NCBI GenBank assembly: GCA_041687695.1
Contig: JAWLBL010000002.1
Coordinates: forward strand, 102,761-166,760
From: Myxococcota bacterium
Lineage (GTDB): Bacteria > Myxococcota_A > UBA9042 > PHBI01 > JAWLBL01
Length of the DNA: 64,000 nucleotides
Reading direction: 5' to 3'
Below are positions 17,380-27,353 of the stretch, in pieces. Each line of letters starts with the position of its first letter. The first letter of the stretch is position 1. The position numbers and the translations under genes are program-made. Below the pieces are notes generated by a model that was not told the DNA's origin, made no database searches, and was given only the letters and a program-made list of their open reading frames with translations.

Positions 17380-19227
17380 ATGCATCACCGTCACCGCCCC
17401 GCCGCCTTCGCTCTTGCGAGCCTCCTGGCCGCTACCGCCTGCTCCTCCGACGCCGGGCCTACCGCGACGCCTGACGTCAAGCAGCCCGACGCACCCGACT
17501 CCTCGTCGCCGGACATCGACGGTGACCTTCTCGAGGACACCCGGGTCGAGCCCTCCCACATCGCGGTCACCCAGCTCTTCCCGAAGAGCGGCGCGCCGGG
17601 AGTGACCTTTCCCGGCTGTGTGTACGCCTCGCCGCTGCGGTCGCCCGACGGCGAGTCGGTCATCGTAGCGGCCAGCTCCGGTCAGGTGGCCGCGCTGGAT
17701 CCCCTCGATGGCTCAGCCCGCTGGACCGTCCTGATGCCGACCCCAGAGGGGGAGGACCCCTACATTCTGGCTACGCCGGTCATCGTTGGTGATCGTTTGG
17801 TCGTGGTCTACCACACCACCCCCACCCCAAGCGGAAAGCAGCCGGGCGAGGTCGGGCACAATGTGAACGACAAGCGGCTACGCCACCGGGTCGCGGTCGT
17901 CGATCTGGCCCAGGGCACGCTCGACGCCGAGTACCCGCCCTTCGACCTCGCCGCCAACCTGACCGAGGCCGATGGCGAGGGCGCCGTCCCGTTCAAGCCG
18001 ACGCACGCCCTTGCTCGAGGCTCGCTGGTCCACGGCGTGGCACCGGGAGACGAGCTGGGCCGCGTCTACGTGACCTTCGGCAACGCACGCGACATCCAGC
18101 CCTGGCACGGATGGGCCTTCGAGGTGAGCCTGGACGCCTGGCGAACTGGCGGCGGGGGCGCGGCCCAGACCGCGGTGCTGGTCACTACGCCCGAGTCGGA
18201 CTGCGGCAAGGAGGGGACGTCGGGCTCGCGCGAGCGCATCTGCGGCGGCGGCATCTGGTCGCCATCGGGGCCGTTGCTGGTCAGCCACGAGGGGGGAGGG
18301 TTCGAAATCATCCTGCCAGCAGGCAACGGCCAGCTCGACCTGTCGCGCGACGACTACGCCAACACGCTCATTCGCGTGGGGCCGGGGCTCGAGATCGACA
18401 CTGGCTGCGATCCAGTCGCGTGCGCCGGGTTCGATCCCGACGAGCCGGCGACGGCCTGCATCGAGTCGTGCTCGGATCTGTACATCCCGCGTCTGTCCCC
18501 CGAGGACCCGCCGCTGTTCGTGCACGATGGACGCTGCGAGGGCCTGACCATGTTCGAGTGCTGGCAGAAGATGGACTACGTCGGCGGTAGCACGCCGGTT
18601 CGGGTCCAGCTGGCCAGCGGCAAGGCCGTCTTCGCCTACCCGACCAAGGACGGCCACCTGTATCTGGTCGACGCCGATCACATGGGCACGCAGTACGACC
18701 GCGAGGAGCTGGTCGTCGTCTGCGGCGCCCCGGGTGACAAGTGCAAGTGGGATTGGGCGGGCATGATCGTGACCCAGCCGGCCGTCGTCGAGGGCGGTGA
18801 GCATCCGGTCATCATCGTGCCGACGTTCATGCCCGACGAGACGCACCCCGCAGGAGTCGTGGCGCTGGCCATCGTCGAGGACGCGGGCGGGCCGCGCTTC
18901 GAGCGCCTGTGGGAGTTCCCCGCCTTTGACAGCGCCGAGGCGGTGACGCGCTTTCGTCGGCACCCGTCTCGGCTGGCTACGGCGCTGGTCCCCGGCAGCA
19001 GCGCGCTGACGATGGGCTGGGTGGTCGAGACCGCGGCGCCGGGTGGCAAGGGCCGACTGGTCGGCTTGCGACTCAGCGACGGACAGGCCCTGGTGGACCA
19101 GCCGCTCGAGGTGCCCGGCATCCGCTTTTCACTGCCGCTGGTTGCCGAGGACGTCGTCTACTTCGGGTCGTGCGGCAACGATGTCGGGCCGGGCCACATC
19201 GAGGGCTGGCGAATCGACGCCGAGTGA
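17380..19227 (+). CDS. Lipoprotein with PQQ-like beta-propeller repeats
   Basis: Lipobox ATAC; GQVAALDPLDGSARW and KDGHLYLVD propeller-blade motifs; GGGIWS. Confidence 0.75.
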   Translation: MHHRHRPAAFALASLLAATACSSDAGPTATPDVKQPDAPDSSSPDIDGDLLEDTRVEPSHIAVTQLFPKSGAPGVTFPGCVYASPLRSPDGESVIVAASSGQVAALDPLDGSARWTVLMPTPEGEDPYILATPVIVGDRLVVVYHTTPTPSGKQPGEVGHNVNDKRLRHRVAVVDLAQGTLDAEYPPFDLAANLTEADGEGAVPFKPTHALARGSLVHGVAPGDELGRVYVTFGNARDIQPWHGWAFEVSLDAWRTGGGGAAQTAVLVTTPESDCGKEGTSGSRERICGGGIWSPSGPLLVSHEGGGFEIILPAGNGQLDLSRDDYANTLIRVGPGLEIDTGCDPVACAGFDPDEPATACIESCSDLYIPRLSPEDPPLFVHDGRCEGLTMFECWQKMDYVGGSTPVRVQLASGKAVFAYPTKDGHLYLVDADHMGTQYDREELVVVCGAPGDKCKWDWAGMIVTQPAVVEGGEHPVIIVPTFMPDETHPAGVVALAIVEDAGGPRFERLWEFPAFDSAEAVTRFRRHPSRLATALVPGSSALTMGWVVETAAPGGKGRLVGLRLSDGQALVDQPLEVPGIRFSLPLVAEDVVYFGSCGNDVGPGHIEGWRIDAE

Positions 19228-19240
19228 CGGTGGCGCCGGC

Positions 19241-19681
19241 TCACTTCGGCGCGCCGGCGGCCAGCCACGCCTCGACGAGGCTCACTTCGGCCTCGTCGAG
19301 GCAGTCGAACTCGCCGATGGTGCAGCCGCCTGGCGGCATGGTGCCCTCGTGGACCGACTCGAGCAGGCAGCCGCCGATGGTGGTGGCGTCGCAGAGGGTC
19401 GAGGCTGGCGTTTGGTCCAGCACGGACGGGTCGTCGAGGAAGCAGGCACCCGCGATGCAGCCGGCGCTGCCGTGACAGCCGGCGCAGACGCGCTCGAAGA
19501 TCGGCATCACGTCGTCGGTCCATGTGGGCTGGGGCGGGGATGCGTCGTCGCCGGTCTCGTCGAGCTCGGCTGCGTCGGCGGTGTCGGGCGCGTCGACGCT
19601 CACGTCCGTGGGGGCCGCTGCGGGATCGTCGTCACAGGCGCTGAGAAGGGTGAGCAGGGCCAGGGCTGCGATGAGGCGCAT
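19241..19681 (-). CDS. c-type cytochrome domain lipoprotein
   Basis: Lipobox LSAC; WTDDVMPIFERVCAGCH haem motif; distal MPP and W..AGA. Confidence 0.8.
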   Translation of the reverse strand: MRLIAALALLTLLSACDDDPAAAPTDVSVDAPDTADAAELDETGDDASPPQPTWTDDVMPIFERVCAGCHGSAGCIAGACFLDDPSVLDQTPASTLCDATTIGGCLLESVHEGTMPPGGCTIGEFDCLDEAEVSLVEAWLAAGAPK

Positions 19682-19869
19682 CGACTTCCTCCGAGCGGAT
19701 CGCGGGAGGGCTTGGATTAGCCTGCGCGCGGCCTCGGCGCAAGCTGGTGTTGCCGGCTCTGGCGCCCGGCGGTCCGGGGCCCGTCCCTGGGAAGCCGCTC
19801 CTGCCGAGACCCGGGCGTTACCCGCCGCGCGCCGGCAGAGTCTGGCCTCGATGGACGAGGGCTGGGAAG

Positions 19870-19988
19870 AGGGCGGCCCCGCGCGGGTCGAGGCCGCCCG
19901 CGGCGAGCCCGGGTCAGTTCCTCAGGACCACCTCGAGCCGTCGTCCGCCTTGCCGAGGAAGGTCTCGTACATCGGCGGCGCGTCCTCG
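19870..19988 (-). pseudogene. Frameshifted duplicate of the 3' end and downstream hairpin of the Zn-dependent dehydrogenase gene at 22974
   Basis: [16 protein letters not shown] versus [19 protein letters not shown] closely matches ~22926-23049 with a 1-nt deletion. Confidence 0.85.
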
Positions 19989-20332
19989 GTCGTGTTCCCG
20001 CCGCCGCCGCACGCGGTCAGCGACAGGAACAGGGCCAATGTGAGCGAAAATGCACGCGTCATCGAAGTCACCATCGCACCGTCGAGTCGTCTCGGCGCCA
20101 GGGGCGCCCGCCGAGCGGCGGAGCTTAGTGACCGCGCGCCGGTGGTGTCCACGCCGTCGGGCGAGAAAATGCCGGGTTGCTGCGCGAGAACTCGCGACGC
20201 CTCGGCCCGGACGCAGCGTCGTCACCGCGTCGCCTCTGGCCGATCCGACTTGGCCCGCGAGTTGCTTGCTTCCAGCATCGCTTGCTTCGTGCTGGCGACC
20301 CTGCTGCCTCCACCCCCGCCACGAGTCCAGCC

Positions 20333-21712
20333 ATGCCTCACCGCCGTCCGCGCCCCTGGCGCCGGGCTGCGCGTCGGCCCGCGCGCTGCGCCTTCCGCCT
20401 CCTCGTCGGCTCGTCGGCCCTGCTCCTGGGCGGCCTCGTCGGGCTCGCCTGCGACCCGGACGCCGTCCCCCCGGCCACCGAGACGTTCGAGATCCCCCAC
20501 GCGGGCTCGCAAGACACCGCTGCCCTGCCCGACGCTCCGCCCCCCGACGACCCGTCCGTCGAGCCGTTCGACCCCGCGCCCGTGCCGCTCATCGAGTTTA
20601 CGGTCCCCGACGACGCCCTCGCCGCCCTCGACGCCCCGGCCGACGCCCTCGAGGAGCCGCGGGTCCACGCCGAGGTCGAGATGCTCAACCGGCGCTGGGC
20701 CGACGTGCGCCTGCAGCTCCACGGCGCCACCGCGCGCCTGCACCCCAAGCGCTCGTACCGCCTGACCTTCCCCGACGACGACGAGCCGCTGGTCCCCTGG
20801 TTCGACGGCCCCCCCGACCGCCACCGCCGCCTCGTCCTGCACGCCAGCTGGATCGACCCGACCTTCCTGCGCAACGCCCTCACCATGGACCGCGCTCGCG
20901 CCCTGGGCACCCTCGCCCCGCGCGTGACGCACGCCTGGCTCCGCATCAACGGGCGCGACCAGGGCTTGTACGTCGTCATCGAGCGCATCGACCGCCCCTT
21001 CCTCCGCCGCCACGGCCTCGACCCCGACGGCCAGGTGCTCAAGGCGGTCGACCACCGCGCCGACTGGGCGGCCAAGCCCTACCCGCTGCTCGGCTTCGAG
21101 GCCAAGGTGAACCCGCTCGCGTCCCCCGCCGCGCTGGGCACGCTGCTGACGGCGCTGTCGCACACCCCGCCCTCGGCCCAGGCCTTCGAGGCCCAGGTGA
21201 CCCCGCGGCTCGAGCTCGGCGAGTTCATGGGGTGGCAGCTGGTCCACACCTTCGCCGACAACCGGGACACGTTCAGCAAGAACTACTACCTGTACCACGA
21301 CGCCTCGGCGCCGCCCGGCGACCCGCGCGCGCGCTTCCGCGTCATCAGCTGGGACGCCGACGCGACCTTCGGCCTGACCTGGAACGGCACGCCCGTCGAG
21401 CCGGCCGGCGACCGGTGGCACGGCACCGACGCCTTCGTGCCACGGCTGCTGTCCATCCCGACCTACCGGGACGCCTACCTGGCGCGCTTCGGCGCGGCCC
21501 TCGACGGCGTCCTGTCGACCACCGCGCTCGCCCACGACGTCGCGCTCGCCGCGGCCCGCATCGGCCCGGCGGCGCGGCAGGACCAGCGGCTGTGGCTGCG
21601 GGATGGCGCCTTTGACGTCGAGGTGGCGCGGCTGCTGGCCGTCATCGAGGCCCGTCACACGCAGCTGCGGCAGCTCCTGGAGGGGCTAAAGGCGACGGCG
21701 CGGCCCCGCTGA
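20333..21712 (+). CDS. CotH kinase family lipoprotein (start uncertain)
   Basis: PKRSYRL, DPTFLRN, GLYVVIERID, DTFSKNYYLY and WDADATFG motifs; lipobox GLAC. Confidence 0.85.
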   Translation: MPHRRPRPWRRAARRPARCAFRLLVGSSALLLGGLVGLACDPDAVPPATETFEIPHAGSQDTAALPDAPPPDDPSVEPFDPAPVPLIEFTVPDDALAALDAPADALEEPRVHAEVEMLNRRWADVRLQLHGATARLHPKRSYRLTFPDDDEPLVPWFDGPPDRHRRLVLHASWIDPTFLRNALTMDRARALGTLAPRVTHAWLRINGRDQGLYVVIERIDRPFLRRHGLDPDGQVLKAVDHRADWAAKPYPLLGFEAKVNPLASPAALGTLLTALSHTPPSAQAFEAQVTPRLELGEFMGWQLVHTFADNRDTFSKNYYLYHDASAPPGDPRARFRVISWDADATFGLTWNGTPVEPAGDRWHGTDAFVPRLLSIPTYRDAYLARFGAALDGVLSTTALAHDVALAAARIGPAARQDQRLWLRDGAFDVEVARLLAVIEARHTQLRQLLEGLKATARPR

Positions 21713-21827
21713 GCGCGCCCGGCGTGGCGGTCACCGGGGCCGGAGGTCGACCCGCGCACGGCGAGGCGCCGGGGGCCGGTGTCGGCCACGTCGGCGGGGG
21801 GCCGAAGCGGGCCTGGAGCGGGCTTGG

Positions 21828-22058
21828 TCAGCGGGTCTGGGCGTTGGGCGGCTCGCGCTCGATGGCGGGGAAGTCGGAGTCGTCGCCGAGGCCGAGGGCT
21901 TGGTCGAGCGCTTCGAGCTGCTGCTGGTTGGCGGCGTCGGCCGCCCGGAACTCGGGATCGATGCGGAAGAGGCTGTACCAGAGCCCGAAGCCCGCCAGGG
22001 CGGCGGTGAGCAGAGCGGCGGCGAGCAGCTTCTTCCAATGGTGTTTCACGAAGGTCAT
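21828..22058 (-). CDS. Small membrane-anchored hypothetical protein
   Basis: 76 aa, basic N-terminus plus one hydrophobic helix, GC3-rich codons. Confidence 0.6.
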   Translation of the reverse strand: MTFVKHHWKKLLAAALLTAALAGFGLWYSLFRIDPEFRAADAANQQQLEALDQALGLGDDSDFPAIEREPPNAQTR

Positions 22059-22067
22059 GAGGCGCGC

Positions 22068-22775
22068 TCACTGCAGGGTACGAGGGAGGCGGAGAGGGGC
22101 GGCGGGGGGGGGCCCCCCCCGCGTCGGGCCCGCCCCCCCCCGCCCAGGCCCCCACAGGGGCTTGACGGCCGAGAGCTGGGCCTGGATGTCGAGGGTCTCG
22201 GCGAGCTTGAGGCCGGCGAGGGCCTCGGGGACCTTGATGCCGAAGTCGCCCAGCTTCACCTGGAAGGCGGTCTTGACGCGGACCAGGTCGCCCTGGATGT
22301 AGGCCCGCTTCATCTTGTCGTTGAGCTTGTGGAAGCTGACCTTCACCGGGGCGTCGAGCGGTCGGGTGACGCCCTTGATGGTGATCTTGCCCTTGACGCG
22401 GCCGTCGAGGACCTTGCCGTCGACCAGCTTGGCGCCCTTGGGCAACGAGACGCCGGTCACCTCGAAGACGATCTCGGGGTGGCTCTTTGCGTCGAGCCAG
22501 TCGGCGCCGCGCATGTGCTCGTCACGCATGTCGTTGCCGGTCTCGAGCGAGGCGACGGGGACGCGCACCGTGCCCGTGGTGGCCTCGGGCTTGGCCACGT
22601 CGACGGTCAGGTCGCCCTGCGCCTCGGTGCTGAGGCCGGTGATGCTCTCGACGGGCGCGTCGGACTCGAAGGTGACGCGGCTCAGGCCGCTCGAGGCGAC
22701 CTTGTAGACGTCCGAGGCGAGGGCGGGGGTGGCGCCGAAGGCGAGGAGGGACAGGGCGAGGAGGAGGCGATTCAT
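22068..22775 (-). CDS. YceI family lipid/polyisoprenoid-binding protein
   Basis: Signal peptide; SLETGNDMRDEHM...WLDAKSHPEIVF and GKITIKGVTR motifs. Confidence 0.9.
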   Translation of the reverse strand: MNRLLLALSLLAFGATPALASDVYKVASSGLSRVTFESDAPVESITGLSTEAQGDLTVDVAKPEATTGTVRVPVASLETGNDMRDEHMRGADWLDAKSHPEIVFEVTGVSLPKGAKLVDGKVLDGRVKGKITIKGVTRPLDAPVKVSFHKLNDKMKRAYIQGDLVRVKTAFQVKLGDFGIKVPEALAGLKLAETLDIQAQLSAVKPLWGPGRGGAGPTRGGPPPAAPLRLPRTLQ

Positions 22776-22973
22776 GGCTGGATCCTTGGGCCGAAGCTCG
22801 GCGCGCGTGGGGGTTCGGCGACCCGCTCGTCCGCGGCGGGTGCGACAGCCTCGACCGTAGCCGCCTCCCCGGGGGCTCACTAGCCGCTGTGTGGCGAACA
22901 GATTGTTCCACCTGGCGGACAATCGAGGGCGGCCTCGCTCCAGCTTCGCGAGGCCGCCCCCGGCGCGCCCGGG

Positions 22974-24143
22974 TCAGTTCTTCAGGACCACCTTGAGGCA
23001 GTCGTCCGCCTTGCCGAGGAAGGTCTCGTACATCTGCGGCGCGTCCTCGAGGCGCGTCCGGTGGGTGATGATGAAGGTCGGGTCGATCTCGCCGCCCTGG
23101 ATGCGCTCGAGCAGCGGCGCCATGTAGCGCTGCACATGGCACTGGCCGGTGCGCAGGGTCAGCGAGCGGTTCATCAGCGACCCCATCGGGAACTTGTCGA
23201 TGAAGCCGCCGTAGACGCCGATGACCGAGACGGTGCCGCCGTTGCGGCAGGCCATGATGGCCTCGCGCAGCGCGATGGGGCGTCCGGTCTCGGACTTCAC
23301 CATCTGCTTGGCGCGGTCGTAGGCGTAGATGGGGCCGTGCCCGTGCGCCTCGAGGCCGACCGCGTCGATGCAGGCGTCGGGCCCGCGGCCGCCGGTCAGC
23401 TCGTTCAGCGCCTCGAGGACGTTGACCTCCTCGTAGTTCAACGTCTCGGCGCCGGCGCGCTCGCGGGCGACGCGCAGGCGGTACGGGAAGCGGTCGATGG
23501 CGATGACCCGCTCGGCGCCCAGCAGGTAGGCGCTGGCGATGGCGAACTGCCCGACCGGCCCGCAGCCCCACACGGCGACGACGTCGCCCGGCTGGATGTC
23601 GCACATCTCGGCGCCCATGTAGCCGGTCGGCAGGATGTCGCTCAAAAACAGCGCCTCATCGTCGCTCATCCCGTCGGGCACCTTGATGGGGCCCACGTCC
23701 GCGAACGGCACGCGCACGTACTCGGCCTGCCCGCCGGCGTAGCCGCCCAGCAGGTGCGAGTAGCCGAAGATGCCGGCCGGCGAGTGCCCCCACAGCTTCT
23801 CGGCCATCCAGGCGTTCGGGTTCGAGTTCTCGCACAGGGAGAACATCTGGCGCTCGCAGGCGTTGCACGCGCCGCACGCGATGGGGAAGGGCACCACGAC
23901 CCGGTCGCCCACCCGCAGGTTGCGCACCGCGTGGCCGACCTCGACCACCTCGCCCATGAACTCGTGCCCCAGCACGTCCCCCTTCTGCATCGTCGGCACG
24001 AACCCGTTGTACAGGTGCAGATCCGAGCCGCAGATCGCCGTCGACGTCACCCGCACGATGCAGTCGCGCGCGTTGAGGATCCTCGGGTCGGGCACCTCGT
24101 GGACCTCGACCTTCTGCTTGCCCATCCAGCAGGCTGCTCGCAT
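22974..24143 (-). CDS. Zinc-dependent alcohol dehydrogenase (glutathione-dependent formaldehyde dehydrogenase-like)
   Basis: ICGSDLH, GHEFMG, CGACNAC...C, LSDILPTG and GCGPVG motifs. Confidence 0.93.
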   Translation of the reverse strand: MRAACWMGKQKVEVHEVPDPRILNARDCIVRVTSTAICGSDLHLYNGFVPTMQKGDVLGHEFMGEVVEVGHAVRNLRVGDRVVVPFPIACGACNACERQMFSLCENSNPNAWMAEKLWGHSPAGIFGYSHLLGGYAGGQAEYVRVPFADVGPIKVPDGMSDDEALFLSDILPTGYMGAEMCDIQPGDVVAVWGCGPVGQFAIASAYLLGAERVIAIDRFPYRLRVARERAGAETLNYEEVNVLEALNELTGGRGPDACIDAVGLEAHGHGPIYAYDRAKQMVKSETGRPIALREAIMACRNGGTVSVIGVYGGFIDKFPMGSLMNRSLTLRTGQCHVQRYMAPLLERIQGGEIDPTFIITHRTRLEDAPQMYETFLGKADDCLKVVLKN

Positions 24144-24170
24144 GGCGTCCCTCCTCGTCTGTCGGGTCCG

Positions 24171-25088
24171 TCAGGCCCACGTCGTCGGGTGGCGCGGCTC
24201 GCCGCTTCGGGGCCGCTCCCGCCGCCCTCGCCGCTCGCCGGCCGTCGGCTGCGCCGGGTGCTTGCCGCGCTCGAGCGTCGCGTCCGAGCAGACCTCGACG
24301 CCGGTCTCCACGAGCGCCTTGAGCGCCCGCAGCGCCTCCGAGATCCGCTGATCCGGCGCGTTGTGCCGCAGCTTCGCGGCCACCTCGCCCAGCTTGCCGC
24401 CGAAGACGTCCGCCTCGAGCGACACGCACACCTCGGTGCCCCGCCCGCCCGGCGCCTCGCGGAAGCTCACGCCCCCGCGCCCCCGCCCGGCCAGGCGCCG
24501 CAGCAGGTCCAGGTCCCCGCGCCGGTCGTGCAGCGCGCCGAACGCCTGCCGGACCTCGTCGACCGGCCGGTTGATGGTGATCGCCTTGGTCACGTGCATC
24601 CCGCGTCCCTCCGTCGGCGCCTCGTCCTGGCCGAGCCGCACCGCGCAAGTCACGTCCAGCGCCCCGGCCAGCCCGACCGTGGCCAGCCCGGTGGCGAGCC
24701 GCGCGCGGCACTGATCCGTCAGCGCCAGCTCACGCCCCAGCAGCGCCGCGTCGATGAGATCGCCGCCGACCCGGGCCCAGGCGAACGAGATCGGCCGCGG
24801 CCGCGTCAGCAGCCCCACGCCGCTCATCAGCTCGCGCAGGCCGAACAGGCGCATGGTCCTCTGCATCCCCTCGTCGTCCGGCAGGCCGGTCAGGCGCGCC
24901 ACCCGCCGCGGCGCCAGCACCTGCGCCAGGCCCAGCCCGACGCTGAACCATCCCAGGGCGCGCGCCAGGGCCCGCCCCTCGTGACGCACCGCCCCCTGCG
25001 GCTGCAGGTGCCGCCCGCCGACCAGCGCGCCCGGCGCCCGCACCGCGAGCCCGCCCGCGCGGGCCCCCTCCCCGTAGCTTGGCCTCAT
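24171..25088 (-). CDS. Membrane protein with shortened SRPBCC/cyclase-like domain
   Basis: ARALGWFSVGLG, WARVGGDLID, ITINRPVDEV and FREAPGGRGTEV motifs; co-oriented just upstream of the dehydrogenase. Confidence 0.75.
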   Translation of the reverse strand: MRPSYGEGARAGGLAVRAPGALVGGRHLQPQGAVRHEGRALARALGWFSVGLGLAQVLAPRRVARLTGLPDDEGMQRTMRLFGLRELMSGVGLLTRPRPISFAWARVGGDLIDAALLGRELALTDQCRARLATGLATVGLAGALDVTCAVRLGQDEAPTEGRGMHVTKAITINRPVDEVRQAFGALHDRRGDLDLLRRLAGRGRGGVSFREAPGGRGTEVCVSLEADVFGGKLGEVAAKLRHNAPDQRISEALRALKALVETGVEVCSDATLERGKHPAQPTAGERRGRRERPRSGEPRHPTTWA

Positions 25089-25302
25089 GGGCTCCTCCCT
25101 TCCCCGCTGTCGTGTCGTGTCCCGACCACAGAGTTAAGAACCGGACGCCGCCGGGCCGAACCGGGGTGTAGAGGAACGCCACAGAAGCGCACAGAACGTC
25201 TTCTCCTCGGGCGGGCACGTCCGCGCGGCGCGCCCAGGCCTGTGCCTTGGCACGGCGCTTGCTGAGCTGCGAGCGCAAACGCGAGCGAAGGCGAGGGACC
25301 GG

Positions 25303-27282
25303 ATGAGACGGAAGCTGGGTTGGTCGGTGTGGCTGGTGGCGGGCGCCATGTGGGCGGGCGGGTGTTCGGACCCGAGCGGCGGGGCGGCGACGCCAGACGG
25401 CGACGCCTCGGTCGAGTCGGACGCGCCGGACGGTGACGACCCGGACGCGGCCGAGCCGGACGCGACCGATCCCGACGCGAGCGAGCCGGACGCGACCGAT
25501 CCCGACGCGAGCGAGCCGGACGTCATCGACCCGGACGCCGTCGACCCGGACGCCGTCGACCCGGACGCCGTCGACCCGGACGCGGGCTCGGACGTCGGGC
25601 CCGACGTGGACCCTGGACCCGACCCGCTCGAGGGCACGCCGCTGGCGGACCTGCCGGTGGCCTGGACCGAGCCGCTCGAGCTGTGCAACGCCTGGTTCGA
25701 GGGCGCCTCGGCGGAGGACGAGCTGGCCGCCAAGGTGCGCGTGTGGTTGCCGCCGCAGGCGCGCTTCGGGTTGAGCCCGGCCCAGCTGGGCGCCGCGAAG
25801 CTCGAGGGCGTGCGCCTCGCGCGTGGTCCGCTGGCCGCCCAGCGGTTCGCGGGCGACGCCGAGGACGGCGAGGTGGTGCAGTGGGACCTGCTCTCGTTCC
25901 CAGTGAGCAGCATGCTGAGCGCCGAGCTCGAGCACGATCTGGGCGAAGGCGTCGGCGTCCTGGTCGAGCGGTACACGATCGGCCGCGCCAAGGATCAGGA
26001 GCCGGCGCCGGTCGTCGTCACCCCCGACGGCTACGAGGTCACCTTCTCGTTCCGCGCGCCGGGCAGCGAGATCGCCACGCTGCTGACCCGCTGCGAGGGC
26101 CACCCCGAGTACGAGGACGCGGTCTCGGTCCTGGTGGGCGAGGCCGGCGCGAGGCAGGCCACCCTGGTCCGGTACTGGCGCACGCAGCCCGAGGAGCTGC
26201 CCGCCGGCTCGTACGCCGTGCAGGTGGTCGGCTCGCGGCTGCTGGTCAGCGACGAGGGCTGGGGCGCGCACGACGCGCGCGGCTTCTGGGCCAACACCTA
26301 CGTCGCGCAGCACCACAACTGGGGCGACGCCTCGGTGGTCGACTTCACGCGCGACCTGGGGCGCTATCACACGACCTTCGGGCCGAACGCGACGACGTCG
26401 ACCGACGGGGCGGTCGCCCGGGTCGCGCTGGCGGACGTCGACGGCGGGGCGGGCGAGCCGCGCTTCGAGGTCACCCGGACGGACGGCGACGGCGCGCTGG
26501 CCGAGCCCGAGGTCTTCACGGTGAACGCCAAGTGGGGCGGCGGCTGGCGGCGCGTGGACGCCAACCACCTGACGCGGCTGCTGCAGGACGAGTGCGCGGG
26601 CGGCACGGTGCACGCCCTGGGCTTCGACGACGTGGTGTTCCAGGCGCTGTGGTGCCCGGGCGCGGGCGGCGCCAAGACGCTGGTCGGGTTGGTGCCGGTC
26701 GTCTTCCGCAAGCAGATGGCGCTGACGGGCGAGCGCTTCGGCCCGGCCGGGATCACGCCCCTGACGCTGCCGGGCGGCAAGCCGGGCTGGCGGGTCGCCC
26801 TGGGCGAGGGCGAGGTGGACGTCGAGACCTCCGACGGCGGCGGCTACATCGTCAACGTGCGCGACGGCGGCGGCCAGCCGGTGGCCGGCTTCTGGAGCGA
26901 GCCCTTCACCTACGGCGCGCCGTACCTCCCGGACGAGACCCTCGAGGGCGCGAGCGCCGGGGGCGAGGTCGCGCTGCGCCTCGTGCGGCGCTGGGCCGAC
27001 TTCGGCGTCGGCGAGTCGGCCATCTACGCGCCGGTGTCGCTGACCGTGAGCTGGCCGGGCGCCGCCGGCACCGAGACGCGCGAGATCGAGGCCTGGGACC
27101 GGCTGGCCTACACGAACACGCACCACAACTGGCAGGACGCGCTGGTCGCCACGACCGACGACGGGCTGGTCGTGACCTGGAAGGTCAGCTACGACTTCCA
27201 GGGCTTCACCCAGACCGTGAAGGTCGAGGACGGGCAGGGCGGCGAAGTGCTCGGCGAGACGGTGATCGTCCCGGCCGAGTGA
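25303..27282 (+). CDS. Lipoprotein with DPD/EPD repeat linker, unknown function
   Basis: Lipobox AGGC; PDAxD repeats; two similar Y...HHNW motifs suggest an internal duplication. Confidence 0.8.
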   Translation: MRRKLGWSVWLVAGAMWAGGCSDPSGGAATPDGDASVESDAPDGDDPDAAEPDATDPDASEPDATDPDASEPDVIDPDAVDPDAVDPDAVDPDAGSDVGPDVDPGPDPLEGTPLADLPVAWTEPLELCNAWFEGASAEDELAAKVRVWLPPQARFGLSPAQLGAAKLEGVRLARGPLAAQRFAGDAEDGEVVQWDLLSFPVSSMLSAELEHDLGEGVGVLVERYTIGRAKDQEPAPVVVTPDGYEVTFSFRAPGSEIATLLTRCEGHPEYEDAVSVLVGEAGARQATLVRYWRTQPEELPAGSYAVQVVGSRLLVSDEGWGAHDARGFWANTYVAQHHNWGDASVVDFTRDLGRYHTTFGPNATTSTDGAVARVALADVDGGAGEPRFEVTRTDGDGALAEPEVFTVNAKWGGGWRRVDANHLTRLLQDECAGGTVHALGFDDVVFQALWCPGAGGAKTLVGLVPVVFRKQMALTGERFGPAGITPLTLPGGKPGWRVALGEGEVDVETSDGGGYIVNVRDGGGQPVAGFWSEPFTYGAPYLPDETLEGASAGGEVALRLVRRWADFGVGESAIYAPVSLTVSWPGAAGTETREIEAWDRLAYTNTHHNWQDALVATTDDGLVVTWKVSYDFQGFTQTVKVEDGQGGEVLGETVIVPAE

Positions 27283-27353
27283 ACGCCGGACGATTGCCCG
27301 GTGGGGGCGGGCGCGCTACGACTGGGGCGCACCCGCTTCCAAAGGCCTGGCCC

